Of a DNA stretch of 64,000 nucleotides, positions 37,784 through 47,355 are shown piece by piece. The notes under the pieces were generated by a model that saw nothing but the letters and a program-made list of their open reading frames with translations, was not told where the DNA came from and searched no databases. Positions within the stretch are counted from its first letter, which is position 1. Each line of letters begins with the position of its first letter. The translations under genes and the position numbers were made by a program. The stretch comes from Erysipelotrichaceae bacterium (GTDB taxonomy: Bacteria; Bacillota_I; Bacilli_A; Erysipelotrichales; Erysipelotrichaceae): NCBI GenBank assembly GCA_017473265.1, contig JAFULQ010000022.1, forward strand, positions 4,954 through 68,953, in the 5' to 3' direction.

Positions 37784-38617
37784 ATGAAAACAAAAATCGC
37801 AATTATGTATGACTTCGATAAAACTTTATGTACGAAAGACATGCAAGAATATAGTTTCATTCCACAATTGGGTATGGATGCCAAAGAATTCTGGCATAAT
37901 GTATCCATTCAAACCAAAGAACACAACATGGATTCTTGCTTATCCTATTTATATTACATGATTCAACAAGCCAAAGAAAAAAATCACCCGATTACTAGAG
38001 ATGATTTCGTAAAACTGGGACAAGATATTGAATTTTTCCCAGGTGTATTGGATTGGTTTAGTCGCATTAATGAACATGGTAAAAAACAAGATGTTGAAGT
38101 AGAACACTTTATTATTTCAAGTGGACTAAAAGAAATTATTGAAGGTTCACCCATCGCCAAAGAATTCAAACGTATCTACGCTTGTGAATTTCATTATGAC
38201 AAGAATAACCACGCAGACTGGCCAAGCATGGCAGTCAACTATACCAATAAAACCCAATTCCTATTTAGAATCACTAAAGGAACATTGGATATTTGGGATG
38301 AAGCCGTCAATGAACAAATCGCAAACAATGAACGTTACATTCCTTATGCAAATATGATTTATCTAGGAGATGGAATGACCGATGTTCCATGTATGTCACT
38401 TGTAAAACGCTATGGTGGACACTCTATTGCTGTATATGATACAAAAATTGATACTTGTAATAAGTTATTGCAAGACAATCGTGTAAACTTTATTGCCAAG
38501 GCGGATTATGCAGAAAATTCCGAACTAGAAAGGTTAGTTAAACGTCTAATCAATAAAGTATCACATGATTTTGAATTAGAAAATTTACACAATCAACAAT
38601 TACAAAATACCAAATAA
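37784..38617 (+). CDS. HAD-superfamily hydrolase
   Basis: The DxDxT motif (MYDFDKTL) and GDGMTD are present. The ATG at 37784 lies behind GAGGTG. Confidence 0.75.
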   Translation: MKTKIAIMYDFDKTLCTKDMQEYSFIPQLGMDAKEFWHNVSIQTKEHNMDSCLSYLYYMIQQAKEKNHPITRDDFVKLGQDIEFFPGVLDWFSRINEHGKKQDVEVEHFIISSGLKEIIEGSPIAKEFKRIYACEFHYDKNNHADWPSMAVNYTNKTQFLFRITKGTLDIWDEAVNEQIANNERYIPYANMIYLGDGMTDVPCMSLVKRYGGHSIAVYDTKIDTCNKLLQDNRVNFIAKADYAENSELERLVKRLINKVSHDFELENLHNQQLQNTK

Positions 38618-38648
38618 AAAATTAGCATTTCTGCTAATTTTTTTGTAT

Positions 38649-39275
38649 CTAGTTAAGTGCCACAAAAACATCTAATGGAGCACGTGTAAATTCATATTTA
38701 TTAATTGTAAAATGATTCGCATCGGTAAATTGACATTTTCCAAACGTAGAAAAATCTACATCCCCTTCAAAAGATAATAAGACATTTTCAGTATCTTCAT
38801 ATACCAAAATCTTTCCATCCATTTGATCTCCATTTAAAGAATATACTTCTATTTCATATTTAGCATTTCTTAAGACATTAATACAATAATCAACATCATC
38901 AGCTGTAACAAACCATTGTCCAACAATTTTTTCACGAAGACTCAAAGCATTTATAATTTCTTCTAAATAGCCATCATCTTTTCGTGTAGCTTTAGGAAAT
39001 AAGGAAGTCTCATAAAAATATGGAACACCATCTTCTATTTTATAATTAAATTTAGAAACATCAGTAACAATGACATCATCTTCAATAGTAGCATTAAAAT
39101 AAATAATTTGTTCATTTTCTGGATAAATTAACATGCTCGATTCATCAATCTTAAAAACAATACGTTGATTATTATCTTCCATAAATCCTTCAAATGTACC
39201 CATAACCAGTTTTTTATTATCTTGGCAACCACACAATAACATAGTCAATAGTACAAAAAGTAATATTTTCTTCAT
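38649..39275 (-). CDS. lipoprotein of unknown function
   Basis: The signal peptide and lipobox read MKKILLFVLLTMLLCGC. Confidence 0.7.
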   Translation of the reverse strand: MKKILLFVLLTMLLCGCQDNKKLVMGTFEGFMEDNNQRIVFKIDESSMLIYPENEQIIYFNATIEDDVIVTDVSKFNYKIEDGVPYFYETSLFPKATRKDDGYLEEIINALSLREKIVGQWFVTADDVDYCINVLRNAKYEIEVYSLNGDQMDGKILVYEDTENVLLSFEGDVDFSTFGKCQFTDANHFTINKYEFTRAPLDVFVALN

Positions 39276-39331
39276 ACAATCACCTCTATAATCAGTATAC
39301 TCTATATAAAAAAGATGAACAATTGTTCATC

Positions 39332-39811
39332 TTATTTAATATCTAAAATTTTAACTTCATATGGATCATCCACATGAACAGTAACAACGTCACCAATTCT
39401 ATGTTCAATAATAGCCATTGCTAAAGGTGTAGTATTTGATAACTTACCTTCTAATGGATTTGCTTCAACTGAACCTACGATTGTATAAGTATCAATTTCA
39501 TCAAAATCTAAATCATGTAAAGTAACTGTTGTACCTAAACGAACCGTACGATTAGCGCCTGTTTGAGGTTTAGCTTCTTCAATGATTTCAATGTTTTGTA
39601 ACATATGATCCAATTCACGAATACGAGCTTCAACTTGAGCTTGACGATCTCTAGCTGCATCATAATCCGCATTTTCACTTAAGTCCCCTTGTGCACGAGC
39701 TGCTTGTAAATCAGCGATTACTTCAGCACGAACCACATGAACTAAATTGTCATATTCTTTTTGTAACTCCGCAAGACCAACTTTAGTAACTTGCACTTTA
39801 TTTTTATCCAT
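39332..39811 (-). CDS. greA: transcription elongation factor GreA
   Basis: GDLSENADYDAARDRQ and the C-terminal FKBP-like domain are present. Confidence 0.93.
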   Translation of the reverse strand: MDKNKVQVTKVGLAELQKEYDNLVHVVRAEVIADLQAARAQGDLSENADYDAARDRQAQVEARIRELDHMLQNIEIIEEAKPQTGANRTVRLGTTVTLHDLDFDEIDTYTIVGSVEANPLEGKLSNTTPLAMAIIEHRIGDVVTVHVDDPYEVKILDIK

Positions 39812-39839
39812 GTTTTTTCAACTCCTTAACGTTTTAGTA

Positions 39840-40472
39840 TTATAGCACATTGCTATCAATTATACTACTAATTTTTGTCACCAATAAATCAATAGCAACT
39901 ACATTATGTCCACCCTCAGGAATGATAATATCCGCATGTCTACGACTTGGTTCAATAAACAAATTATGCATTACACGTACAGTTTGTATATATTGTTCAA
40001 CAACACTTTCAAGTGTTCTACCACGATCTCTAACATCACGTTTTAAACGACGAATAAAACGAATATCTGCATCTGTATCTACAAAGATTTTCATATCTAA
40101 ACGAGAACGTAACATTTCATCTTCTAATACAAATAAACCTTCTAATACAATGACATCACAAGGGTGAATTGTTTCTGTTTCTTTAGCACGAGTATGATTT
40201 ACATAATCGTAAGTCGGTTTTTCAATAGATTGTCCATTTGTCAAAGCATCTAAATGATCCACTAATAAGTCCATATCAAACGCAAACGGATGATCATAAT
40301 TCGTTTTTGTTCTTTCTTCCATAGGCAAATGATCTTGACACTTATAATAATCATCTAAACGAATGATTACTACAGATTGACTTTCTTCAAATACATTCTT
40401 TAAACGTTTGGCAATACTCGTTTTTCCACTAGCACTACCACCAGCAATCCCAATAATAATAGGCTTCGACAT
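39840..40472 (-). CDS. udk: uridine kinase
   Basis: The P-loop GIAGGSASGKTS is present. I placed the start at ATG 40472 (MSKPIIIG). Confidence 0.92.
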   Translation of the reverse strand: MSKPIIIGIAGGSASGKTSIAKRLKNVFEESQSVVIIRLDDYYKCQDHLPMEERTKTNYDHPFAFDMDLLVDHLDALTNGQSIEKPTYDYVNHTRAKETETIHPCDVIVLEGLFVLEDEMLRSRLDMKIFVDTDADIRFIRRLKRDVRDRGRTLESVVEQYIQTVRVMHNLFIEPSRRHADIIIPEGGHNVVAIDLLVTKISSIIDSNVL

Positions 40473-40488
40473 AAAACAACACTCCATT

Positions 40489-41562
40489 CTAATACAAATA
40501 TTTACTTACATTTCTTGCATGTTCTGCATACGTTTTTGCATAGTATACAGTACCATCACCATATACATCAGCCATAAAGTATAAATAATCACTTTCTGTT
40601 GGTTCTAATACTGCTTTAATCGCAACTTCACCTGGATTCAAAATTGGTCCAGGAGGAAGCCCATTAATATAGTATGTATTGTAATCAGATGCCATTTGAT
40701 AATTAGTCTCACAATCCATCCAATCATCAAATTCATATAATGCATAACATACCGTTACACTTGATTGCAATTTCATACCTCTATCAATACGATTCATAAA
40801 TACACCAGAAATCAACTTCATGTCTTTTTCTGAGCTACCTTCATATTGCACAATTGACGCTAAAGTCATTACTTCATGCATACTCATTTCTGTAGCCGCA
40901 ATTTGATCCGCATACTTATCTAAAATACTTTGTGTATGATTTAAGAAACGTTCAGTAATCGCTTTTGCACTTGTTTTTTCCAAGAACATATATGTTTCAG
41001 GGAATAAATAACCTTCTAAATATACACGTTGACTATTTAAACATTCTTCTGTAATAAAAGAATATTTTTTAGATAATTCAACAATATAGTCTTTATCATT
41101 CCATAAAGTTAATAATTCTTCTGCAGTAACATTGGTATTTTCTTCCATCTTTTTCGCAATATCCTTAGCCCACATACCTTCTGTAATTGTAATCATGACT
41201 TGTTCACTACCAGCTTTAGTAGAATCATTTAAATGCGCAACAATTTGTTTTGTATTCCAAGAAGTATCTAAAATAAAATTACCAGCTTTAATATTTGTTA
41301 ATTCTGATAATCTCATATATACCTTTGTCATAAGCGCATCATGAATAATACCCTCTGTTTCTAAACGAGATAAAACACTATCAATTGATTCACCACTTTC
41401 AATCACAAAATCTACCTCTTGTGATTGTTCACTCACAGGTGAAAGATTAGAAACATAATACGCATATGCACCACCAACAGCGCCTAATACAACAATTAGA
41501 AATGATAAAAGAACGATAAGAATCTTCTTACTCTTCATCTTCCTCATCCTCATTAAATGCAT
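40489..41562 (-). CDS. mltG: endolytic murein transglycosylase MltG (YceG-like)
   Basis: It has an N-terminal TM anchor and the YceG region EGYLFPETY. The start is uncertain (41562 to 41538). Confidence 0.85.
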   Translation of the reverse strand: MHLMRMRKMKSKKILIVLLSFLIVVLGAVGGAYAYYVSNLSPVSEQSQEVDFVIESGESIDSVLSRLETEGIIHDALMTKVYMRLSELTNIKAGNFILDTSWNTKQIVAHLNDSTKAGSEQVMITITEGMWAKDIAKKMEENTNVTAEELLTLWNDKDYIVELSKKYSFITEECLNSQRVYLEGYLFPETYMFLEKTSAKAITERFLNHTQSILDKYADQIAATEMSMHEVMTLASIVQYEGSSEKDMKLISGVFMNRIDRGMKLQSSVTVCYALYEFDDWMDCETNYQMASDYNTYYINGLPPGPILNPGEVAIKAVLEPTESDYLYFMADVYGDGTVYYAKTYAEHARNVSKYLY

Positions 41563-41779
41563 TTAATACTTCTTCAACCATATCCCATTCTTCTTGAGTT
41601 TCAATTGGGAATAAATGACCTTCATCATCATAAATAGATGCGAAAACATCTCCATCTTCAACTTCTGGATCATAATACAATACATACTTCTTTGTACTAT
41701 CATCTGGTTCAAAAGTTAATAAGATTTCCATTTCCTTTTCAACACCATTTTCATCAGTAATATACAATTTTTTATCCAT
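41528..41779 (-). CDS. DUF1292 (YrzB-like) protein
   Basis: It is an acidic 83-aa protein (ITDENGVEKEMEILLTF...). Its position is conserved between ruvX and mltG. Confidence 0.8.
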   Translation of the reverse strand: MDKKLYITDENGVEKEMEILLTFEPDDSTKKYVLYYDPEVEDGDVFASIYDDEGHLFPIETQEEWDMVEEVLNAFNEDEEDEE

Positions 41780-41820
41780 GATTTATCCTCCTTTATAAAA
41801 CAGGGGATTTTACAAATCCC

Positions 41821-42237
41821 CTACTTCTTACTATCAAGATATCCTTGTAAAATTTGTACCGCAGCCATTTGATCAATAATTTGTTTACGTTTCTTACGAC
41901 TCACATCATGAGAAATCAATAACTTTTGAGCCGCAACCGTTGTCAAACGTTCATCCCACATAACAACAGGAACATCACATTGACTTTCAATCATTTCCTT
42001 AAACTGTAAACAAATCTCACCACGAATACCAACATCACCATTCATATGTTTAGGCAAACCTAAAACAATCGTTTGAATACGATGCTCTTTAATTAAAGGT
42101 AAAAGTTTTTCCAATGCTGTTTCATAATCATCATCTTCAAAACGGATAGTCGTCAAACTAGACGCAAACCAACCCAAAGAATCACTGGTCGCAATACCTA
42201 AGGTACGACTACCTAAATCCAATCCCATGCACTTCAT
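41821..42237 (-). CDS. ruvX: Holliday-junction-resolvase-like pre-16S rRNA nuclease RuvX/YqgF
   Basis: GLDLGSRTLGIA and GLPKHMNG are present. Confidence 0.88.
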   Translation of the reverse strand: MKCMGLDLGSRTLGIATSDSLGWFASSLTTIRFEDDDYETALEKLLPLIKEHRIQTIVLGLPKHMNGDVGIRGEICLQFKEMIESQCDVPVVMWDERLTTVAAQKLLISHDVSRKKRKQIIDQMAAVQILQGYLDSKK

Positions 42238-42494
42238 TATTTTTGTTCCAAAAATACTCTAACGAGTTCCTCAATAATCTCATGACGCTCAACAGTTTGA
42301 ATCACACTACGCGCATTTTTGTAACTAGAAATATATGCAGGATCATTTGAGATTAAGTATCCAGCAATTTGACTGACTGCATTATACCCACGTTCATTTA
42401 ATGCTTCTTCTACTAAGGTTAATACATCCTTAATATTTTGTTTGCGAATCTCTTCAATATTAATCGCTAATGTTTCCGTTGGTTTTTTTGCCAT
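42237..42494 (-). CDS. IreB/UPF0297 family protein (YrzL-like)
   Basis: It is 85 aa and contains ALNERGYNAVSQIAGYLISNDPAYI. It lies downstream of alaS, as in Bacillus. Confidence 0.8.
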   Translation of the reverse strand: MAKKPTETLAINIEEIRKQNIKDVLTLVEEALNERGYNAVSQIAGYLISNDPAYISSYKNARSVIQTVERHEIIEELVRVFLEQK

Positions 42495-42537
42495 ACATAA
42501 TCCCTCCTTTTACCTTATTATTTTATCAAATACAAGA

Positions 42538-45153
42538 TTAAATTCCAACCATCTCACGAACGGATTTTGCAATTTCATCAAGTTTTGTAATATCTTTACC
42601 ACCAGCTTGGGCAATATCAGGTCTTCCGCCACCATTACCACCAGCCATTTGCGCAGCTTTCTTCGCTACATCACCAGCTTTAATACCTTTGGCAATCATA
42701 GCTTTAGAACATCCAACAACAAATACTACTTTATCATCAGAAACGTTTGTTAAATAAACAAATCCGTTAGTTAATTTGTCACGTAATTGTTCTACCATAC
42801 CTTTTAATGAAGAAGAATCCGCATCTTTTAATTCAACAAATAAGTATTGGTTACCATCAACTGTAACAGCTTGATTTACCATTTCATCTACTTTAGCTAC
42901 TAATAATTGTTGATTCAATTGACCATTTTCTCTTCTTACTTCAGCTAATTCATCAATCACTTGTTGAACTTTATTTTCAACATTTAAAATAGAGTTCATT
43001 TTTAATTTTGATGCAATAGTTTTTAATGTATTTTCTTTTTCTAATAAATCTAAGTATGCTAACATACCTGTTTTACAAGTAATACGACGCACACCAGATC
43101 CAATACTTTCTTCAGATTGAATTTTGAATACACCAATTTGTTGAGTATTCGCAACGTGTGTACCACCACATAATTCACTAGAAGCAGTTCCCATCTTAAC
43201 TACACGTACTTTTTCATCATATTTTTCATCGAACAATGCCATAGCACCAGTTTTCTTAGCTTCTTCAATATCCATAACTTCAGTTACTACATCATGGTGT
43301 TGATAAATGAATGTATTTACTAAATGTTCAATTTCTTGTAATTGGGCATCTGTCACTTTTTCAAAGTGAGTAAAGTCAAAACGACCATATTCATCACATA
43401 CATAAGAACCAGCTTGTGCTACATGAGTACCAATGACTTGACGTAATGCACTTTGTAATAAGTGTAAACTAGAGTGATTTGATTTAATTTTTTCACGACG
43501 AGCCACATCAATCTTACATGTTACTACATCATTAAGTTTTACATCACCTTCAACATGATGTAAATGTTGTTTATGAGGTGCTTTCTTAACATCTTTTACT
43601 AAAATTTCTTTATCACCAGCTACTAATACACCAGTATCCGCAACTTGTCCACCGCTTTCAGCATAGAAAGTTGTTTGAGAAAGGATAATATCTCCTTCAC
43701 CATGAATTTCATCTACTTGCACACCATCTTTGAATAATCCAATAACAGTAGCTTCACATTCTGTTTGTTCATATCCTAAGTATGTACTTGGAGTTACGAA
43801 GTTCATTAAATCTGCAGATTGACTAGACATAGATTGAACAGCATCTCTAGCACTTCTAGCTCTTTGACGTTGTTTTTCCATTTCTACTTTGAAACCTTCA
43901 TGGTCAATTGTAATACCATGTTCTAAAGCGATTTCTTCTGTTAATTCTACTGGGAATCCATATGTATCATATAATTTGAATACATCCGCACCAGCTAATA
44001 CATTACTTTCATTGTTCTTTAAGTAACCTTGTAAAATACGTTCACCTTCTTGTAATGTAGAATGGAAACTTTCTTCTTCAGATTTCACTAATTTTTGAAT
44101 TAAATCTACTTTTTCTACTACATATGGATAGAAGTCTTTCATAATATCAGCTACAACTGGTACTAAACGATACATGAAAGCCCCCTTAATATCCAACTTC
44201 TTACCAAAACGAACTGCACGACGTAATACACGACGTAAAATATATCCACGACCTGTATTTTCAAACATCGCACCATCAGCGATTGCGAATGTTACTGTAC
44301 GAATGTGGTCCGCAATTACACGGTAAGCCATTTTGTTTTCTCCACCATATTTTTTATCTGTGAACTCTTCTGTTGCACGAATAATAGGTAAGAATAAATC
44401 TGTATCAAAGTTTGTTTCTCCACCTTGTACTAAAGAAACTAAACGTTCTAATCCCATACCTGTATCAATATTCTTTTGAGGTAATTCTTTATAATCTTTA
44501 CGATCAACACCCTCTTTTGCATCATATTGAGAGAATACAACGTTCCATACTTCGATATAACGATCATTATCCATTTCTTCGAAGAACAAACGTTCACCTA
44601 ATCCTTCAGGATCATATTTTTCTCCACGGTCATAGAAAATTTCACTATCTGGTCCACATGGTCCTTCACCAATTTCCCAAAAGTTACCTTTTGTACGTAA
44701 AATATGAGATGGATCTACTTTACAAACTTCAGTCCAAATCTTATATGCTTCATCATCATCTTCATAGATAGTTACATACATTTTTTCCTTATCAAAACCA
44801 ATCCATTCTGGGCTTGTTAAGAATTCCCAAGCAAATGGAATTGCTTCTTGTTTAAAGTAATCCCCAATAGAGAAGTTACCTAACATTTCAAAGAATGTAT
44901 GGTGACGAGCTGTTTTCCCTACATTTTCAATATCGTTTGTACGAATTGATTTTTGCGCATTTGTAATACGATTACAACGAGGTTTTTCACTGCCATCAAA
45001 ATACTTTTTCAAAGCAGCTACACCAGCATTGATCCATAATAATGTTGGGTCATTATGTGGAACCAAACTAGCACCTGGTTCAACCATGTGACCTCTTTCT
45101 TCGAAATACTTTAAGAACATACTTCTAATTTCAGAACCTGTTAATTGTTTCAT
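42538..45153 (-). CDS. alaS: alanine--tRNA ligase
   Basis: I placed the start at ATG 45153 (MKQLTGSEIRSMFLKYFEERGH). HHTFFEMLGNFS, the editing-domain HSSLHLL and CGGTHV are present. Confidence 0.95.
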   Translation of the reverse strand: MKQLTGSEIRSMFLKYFEERGHMVEPGASLVPHNDPTLLWINAGVAALKKYFDGSEKPRCNRITNAQKSIRTNDIENVGKTARHHTFFEMLGNFSIGDYFKQEAIPFAWEFLTSPEWIGFDKEKMYVTIYEDDDEAYKIWTEVCKVDPSHILRTKGNFWEIGEGPCGPDSEIFYDRGEKYDPEGLGERLFFEEMDNDRYIEVWNVVFSQYDAKEGVDRKDYKELPQKNIDTGMGLERLVSLVQGGETNFDTDLFLPIIRATEEFTDKKYGGENKMAYRVIADHIRTVTFAIADGAMFENTGRGYILRRVLRRAVRFGKKLDIKGAFMYRLVPVVADIMKDFYPYVVEKVDLIQKLVKSEEESFHSTLQEGERILQGYLKNNESNVLAGADVFKLYDTYGFPVELTEEIALEHGITIDHEGFKVEMEKQRQRARSARDAVQSMSSQSADLMNFVTPSTYLGYEQTECEATVIGLFKDGVQVDEIHGEGDIILSQTTFYAESGGQVADTGVLVAGDKEILVKDVKKAPHKQHLHHVEGDVKLNDVVTCKIDVARREKIKSNHSSLHLLQSALRQVIGTHVAQAGSYVCDEYGRFDFTHFEKVTDAQLQEIEHLVNTFIYQHHDVVTEVMDIEEAKKTGAMALFDEKYDEKVRVVKMGTASSELCGGTHVANTQQIGVFKIQSEESIGSGVRRITCKTGMLAYLDLLEKENTLKTIASKLKMNSILNVENKVQQVIDELAEVRRENGQLNQQLLVAKVDEMVNQAVTVDGNQYLFVELKDADSSSLKGMVEQLRDKLTNGFVYLTNVSDDKVVFVVGCSKAMIAKGIKAGDVAKKAAQMAGGNGGGRPDIAQAGGKDITKLDEIAKSVREMVGI

Positions 45154-45175
45154 TGTTAAACACTCCTTTTTGTAA

Positions 45176-45361
45176 ATAAAAAACGTTCCTGTAAAAACAA
45201 CAGGAACGTTATTAACGCGGTACCATCCTGATTCATATCTTGCGATATGCACCTCAATTCACTATAACGTCAGTGTTAACGGGAACTATTAATTCCACTC
45301 CGAAGTAGCTTCCACAACCTATTTTGTGTGATTTGCACCAACCATCACATCTCTAATTACC
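45176..45361 (-). promoter_or_regulatory. T-box leader (Ala specifier GCU) with a terminator
   Basis: On the minus strand I see AGAGA, the distal loop TGGTGCAAA, GAA-GCT-A, the T-box AATCAGGATGGTACCGCG, and the terminator AACGTTCCTGT-TGTTTTT-ACAGGAACGTT followed by a T run. Confidence 0.85.
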
Positions 45362-45393
45362 CATATATCATGTACTTATCTTCATCATCGTTT

Positions 45394-46386
45394 TTAATCT
45401 TCGAAATTATACCACACATCTTCCCAACTGCCAACTGTTTTATTACGTTTTGAAAAGACAAAACTACGAATAATTAATTGAACTACCCCAGCAATAATTG
45501 GTGAAAACAACATTCCAAATATACCAAACAAACTTCCACAAATAAATAAGCTAATTAATGTAACAATTGGTTTTAAATGCATTACTTTTTTGAAGATAAA
45601 TGGCTGTATCCAATTGGATTCGATTTGTTGAAACACAAATACTAAAATGACTAACAAAAAGGGGAATTGTGGATATGTCATTAAACACAATAGAACAAAT
45701 ACTACAAAACCAAACAAAGGACCAAATATCGGAAATAAGTTACTCAATGCCAAAATAGCTGCCACAATAAAACTTTCTGGAAATTGAAAGATAAACAATA
45801 AAATACTAAATACCAAATATAAAAGAATTAAATCTAATAGCACACCTTTGGTATATTGAAAAATAATTGAATCTGCAGTTTTGATAAAATTAGTATCCAA
45901 CTTTATATATTTTGTAATACTCTCCAAATCAAATGAGACAAAAATCGCACAAGTAAAAATAAAACCTAATTGTTTTACTGATTCCATCATACTACTGGTC
46001 TTTTCTACCACCATACTTGGTACAGATAGTAACCAATCATCAGGAATCCACTCTTTCACAATCAAAAACAAACTAGGAATATCAATCGTAATTTGTTGGT
46101 ACCACAGAATTAATTTTGGTATCCCATACCACAATAACAAGATCAATACTAACGCTATACAAACATAGACTACCATTACTTGTACAATACGTTTATTACT
46201 AGGCACTCTATGAATATACACTTCTAAGATTAATGCTAGTAGAAAACCATAGACTAATTGCATAAGTATAGATAAAAGTGAAATCACTGTATTCCATATA
46301 CCCATACTTTGTAATAATAGAACACTAAAATATATAGTAACGATAAATAAAAAAATGAAGGAAAGATGTCGAAAGTATTCTTTCAT
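45394..46386 (-). CDS. AI-2E family transporter (PerM/UPF0118)
   Basis: It is a polytopic membrane protein of 330 aa containing LSNLFPIFGPLFGFV. Confidence 0.8.
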   Translation of the reverse strand: MKEYFRHLSFIFLFIVTIYFSVLLLQSMGIWNTVISLLSILMQLVYGFLLALILEVYIHRVPSNKRIVQVMVVYVCIALVLILLLWYGIPKLILWYQQITIDIPSLFLIVKEWIPDDWLLSVPSMVVEKTSSMMESVKQLGFIFTCAIFVSFDLESITKYIKLDTNFIKTADSIIFQYTKGVLLDLILLYLVFSILLFIFQFPESFIVAAILALSNLFPIFGPLFGFVVFVLLCLMTYPQFPFLLVILVFVFQQIESNWIQPFIFKKVMHLKPIVTLISLFICGSLFGIFGMLFSPIIAGVVQLIIRSFVFSKRNKTVGSWEDVWYNFED

Positions 46387-46407
46387 AGAAAAAAGCCCAT
46401 TAGGGCT

Positions 46408-46572
46408 TTAAAAATTATCGGCAAACTGCGAATATTTTCGCATCATTTTTCTTCTTGCCTTTTTCATATCATAATACAAATCATAGATTTCATCCTCTTT
46501 AGAAATTGTTAAAACAACACCAAGGACAACACCTACACCCAATAACATTAAAGGCTTATTTAACATCATCAT
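46408..46572 (-). CDS. small (54-aa) single-TM protein, below the ORF-track size cut-off
   Basis: AAGGAGTGGTG lies 5 nt upstream of ATGATGATG. The translation is MMMLNKPLMLLGVGVVLGVVLTISKEDEIYDLYYDMKKARRKMMRKYSQFADNF. The terminator AAAGCCC-TAAT-GGGCTTT plus T run follows directly. Confidence 0.5.
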   Translation of the reverse strand: MMMLNKPLMLLGVGVVLGVVLTISKEDEIYDLYYDMKKARRKMMRKYSQFADNF

Positions 46573-46608
46573 TGATCACCACTCCTTCATAAGTAGTGTG
46601 TACAATAA

Positions 46609-47355
46609 TTATTTTTTTATCCACTCTTCTTTTAAAATTGAATACGTACATAAATCCATAGCACCATACAAATCATGACGATACGATTTACGCATACAAC
46701 CTTCATATTGCATACCCAACTTTTCCATAATTCTCTGACTGGCTATATTCCCTTCAAAATGAGAGGCAATCACCATATCTACATGTAAATAGCTAAAACA
46801 CTTATCCACAATGGCATTCGCTGCTTCAAAGCCATACCCTTGATTCCAATAGGCTTCTTGAATGGCATAACCTATTTCCATAGCTACGCAAGCTCTTTGT
46901 ACAAAACGCAAACTCATATGTCCAATCACTGTACCATCCAACAAACAAATGCTATAACAACCTGGATCATTGATCATTTGTTGTAATTTTTTAGCCAAAT
47001 CTTGAGGATTTGTGATTGGTGCATAGCCATCTGTTAACGCTACATTCGGATTGCTTTGTAAAATCCATTCTGCTTCATAATCTTCTTTAGCAGTATGACG
47101 CAAATACAAACGCTTTGTTTGTACTAGCATATAGCGCATTGCCATTTCTTTCATACGATATGAAATCGCATCTTCAAGAATTGGCATAGGAAATTGTAGA
47201 TTGATGCGTAATATCGCAATACAATCGTCTTCATAATAATGCCAACGATCCACCATCACATACATATCATCTGTCGTTTGTACATCAATATACCAATCAG
47301 ATAATTGATATTGCGTTTGTAATTGTTGAATATAGTCTCTAATCTTCTTCATCAT
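46609..47355 (-). CDS. GNAT family N-acetyltransferase (RimJ/RimL-like C-terminal domain with an N-terminal extension)
   Basis: The acetyl-CoA binding region is WNQGYGFEAANAIVDK. Confidence 0.75.
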   Translation of the reverse strand: MMKKIRDYIQQLQTQYQLSDWYIDVQTTDDMYVMVDRWHYYEDDCIAILRINLQFPMPILEDAISYRMKEMAMRYMLVQTKRLYLRHTAKEDYEAEWILQSNPNVALTDGYAPITNPQDLAKKLQQMINDPGCYSICLLDGTVIGHMSLRFVQRACVAMEIGYAIQEAYWNQGYGFEAANAIVDKCFSYLHVDMVIASHFEGNIASQRIMEKLGMQYEGCMRKSYRHDLYGAMDLCTYSILKEEWIKK

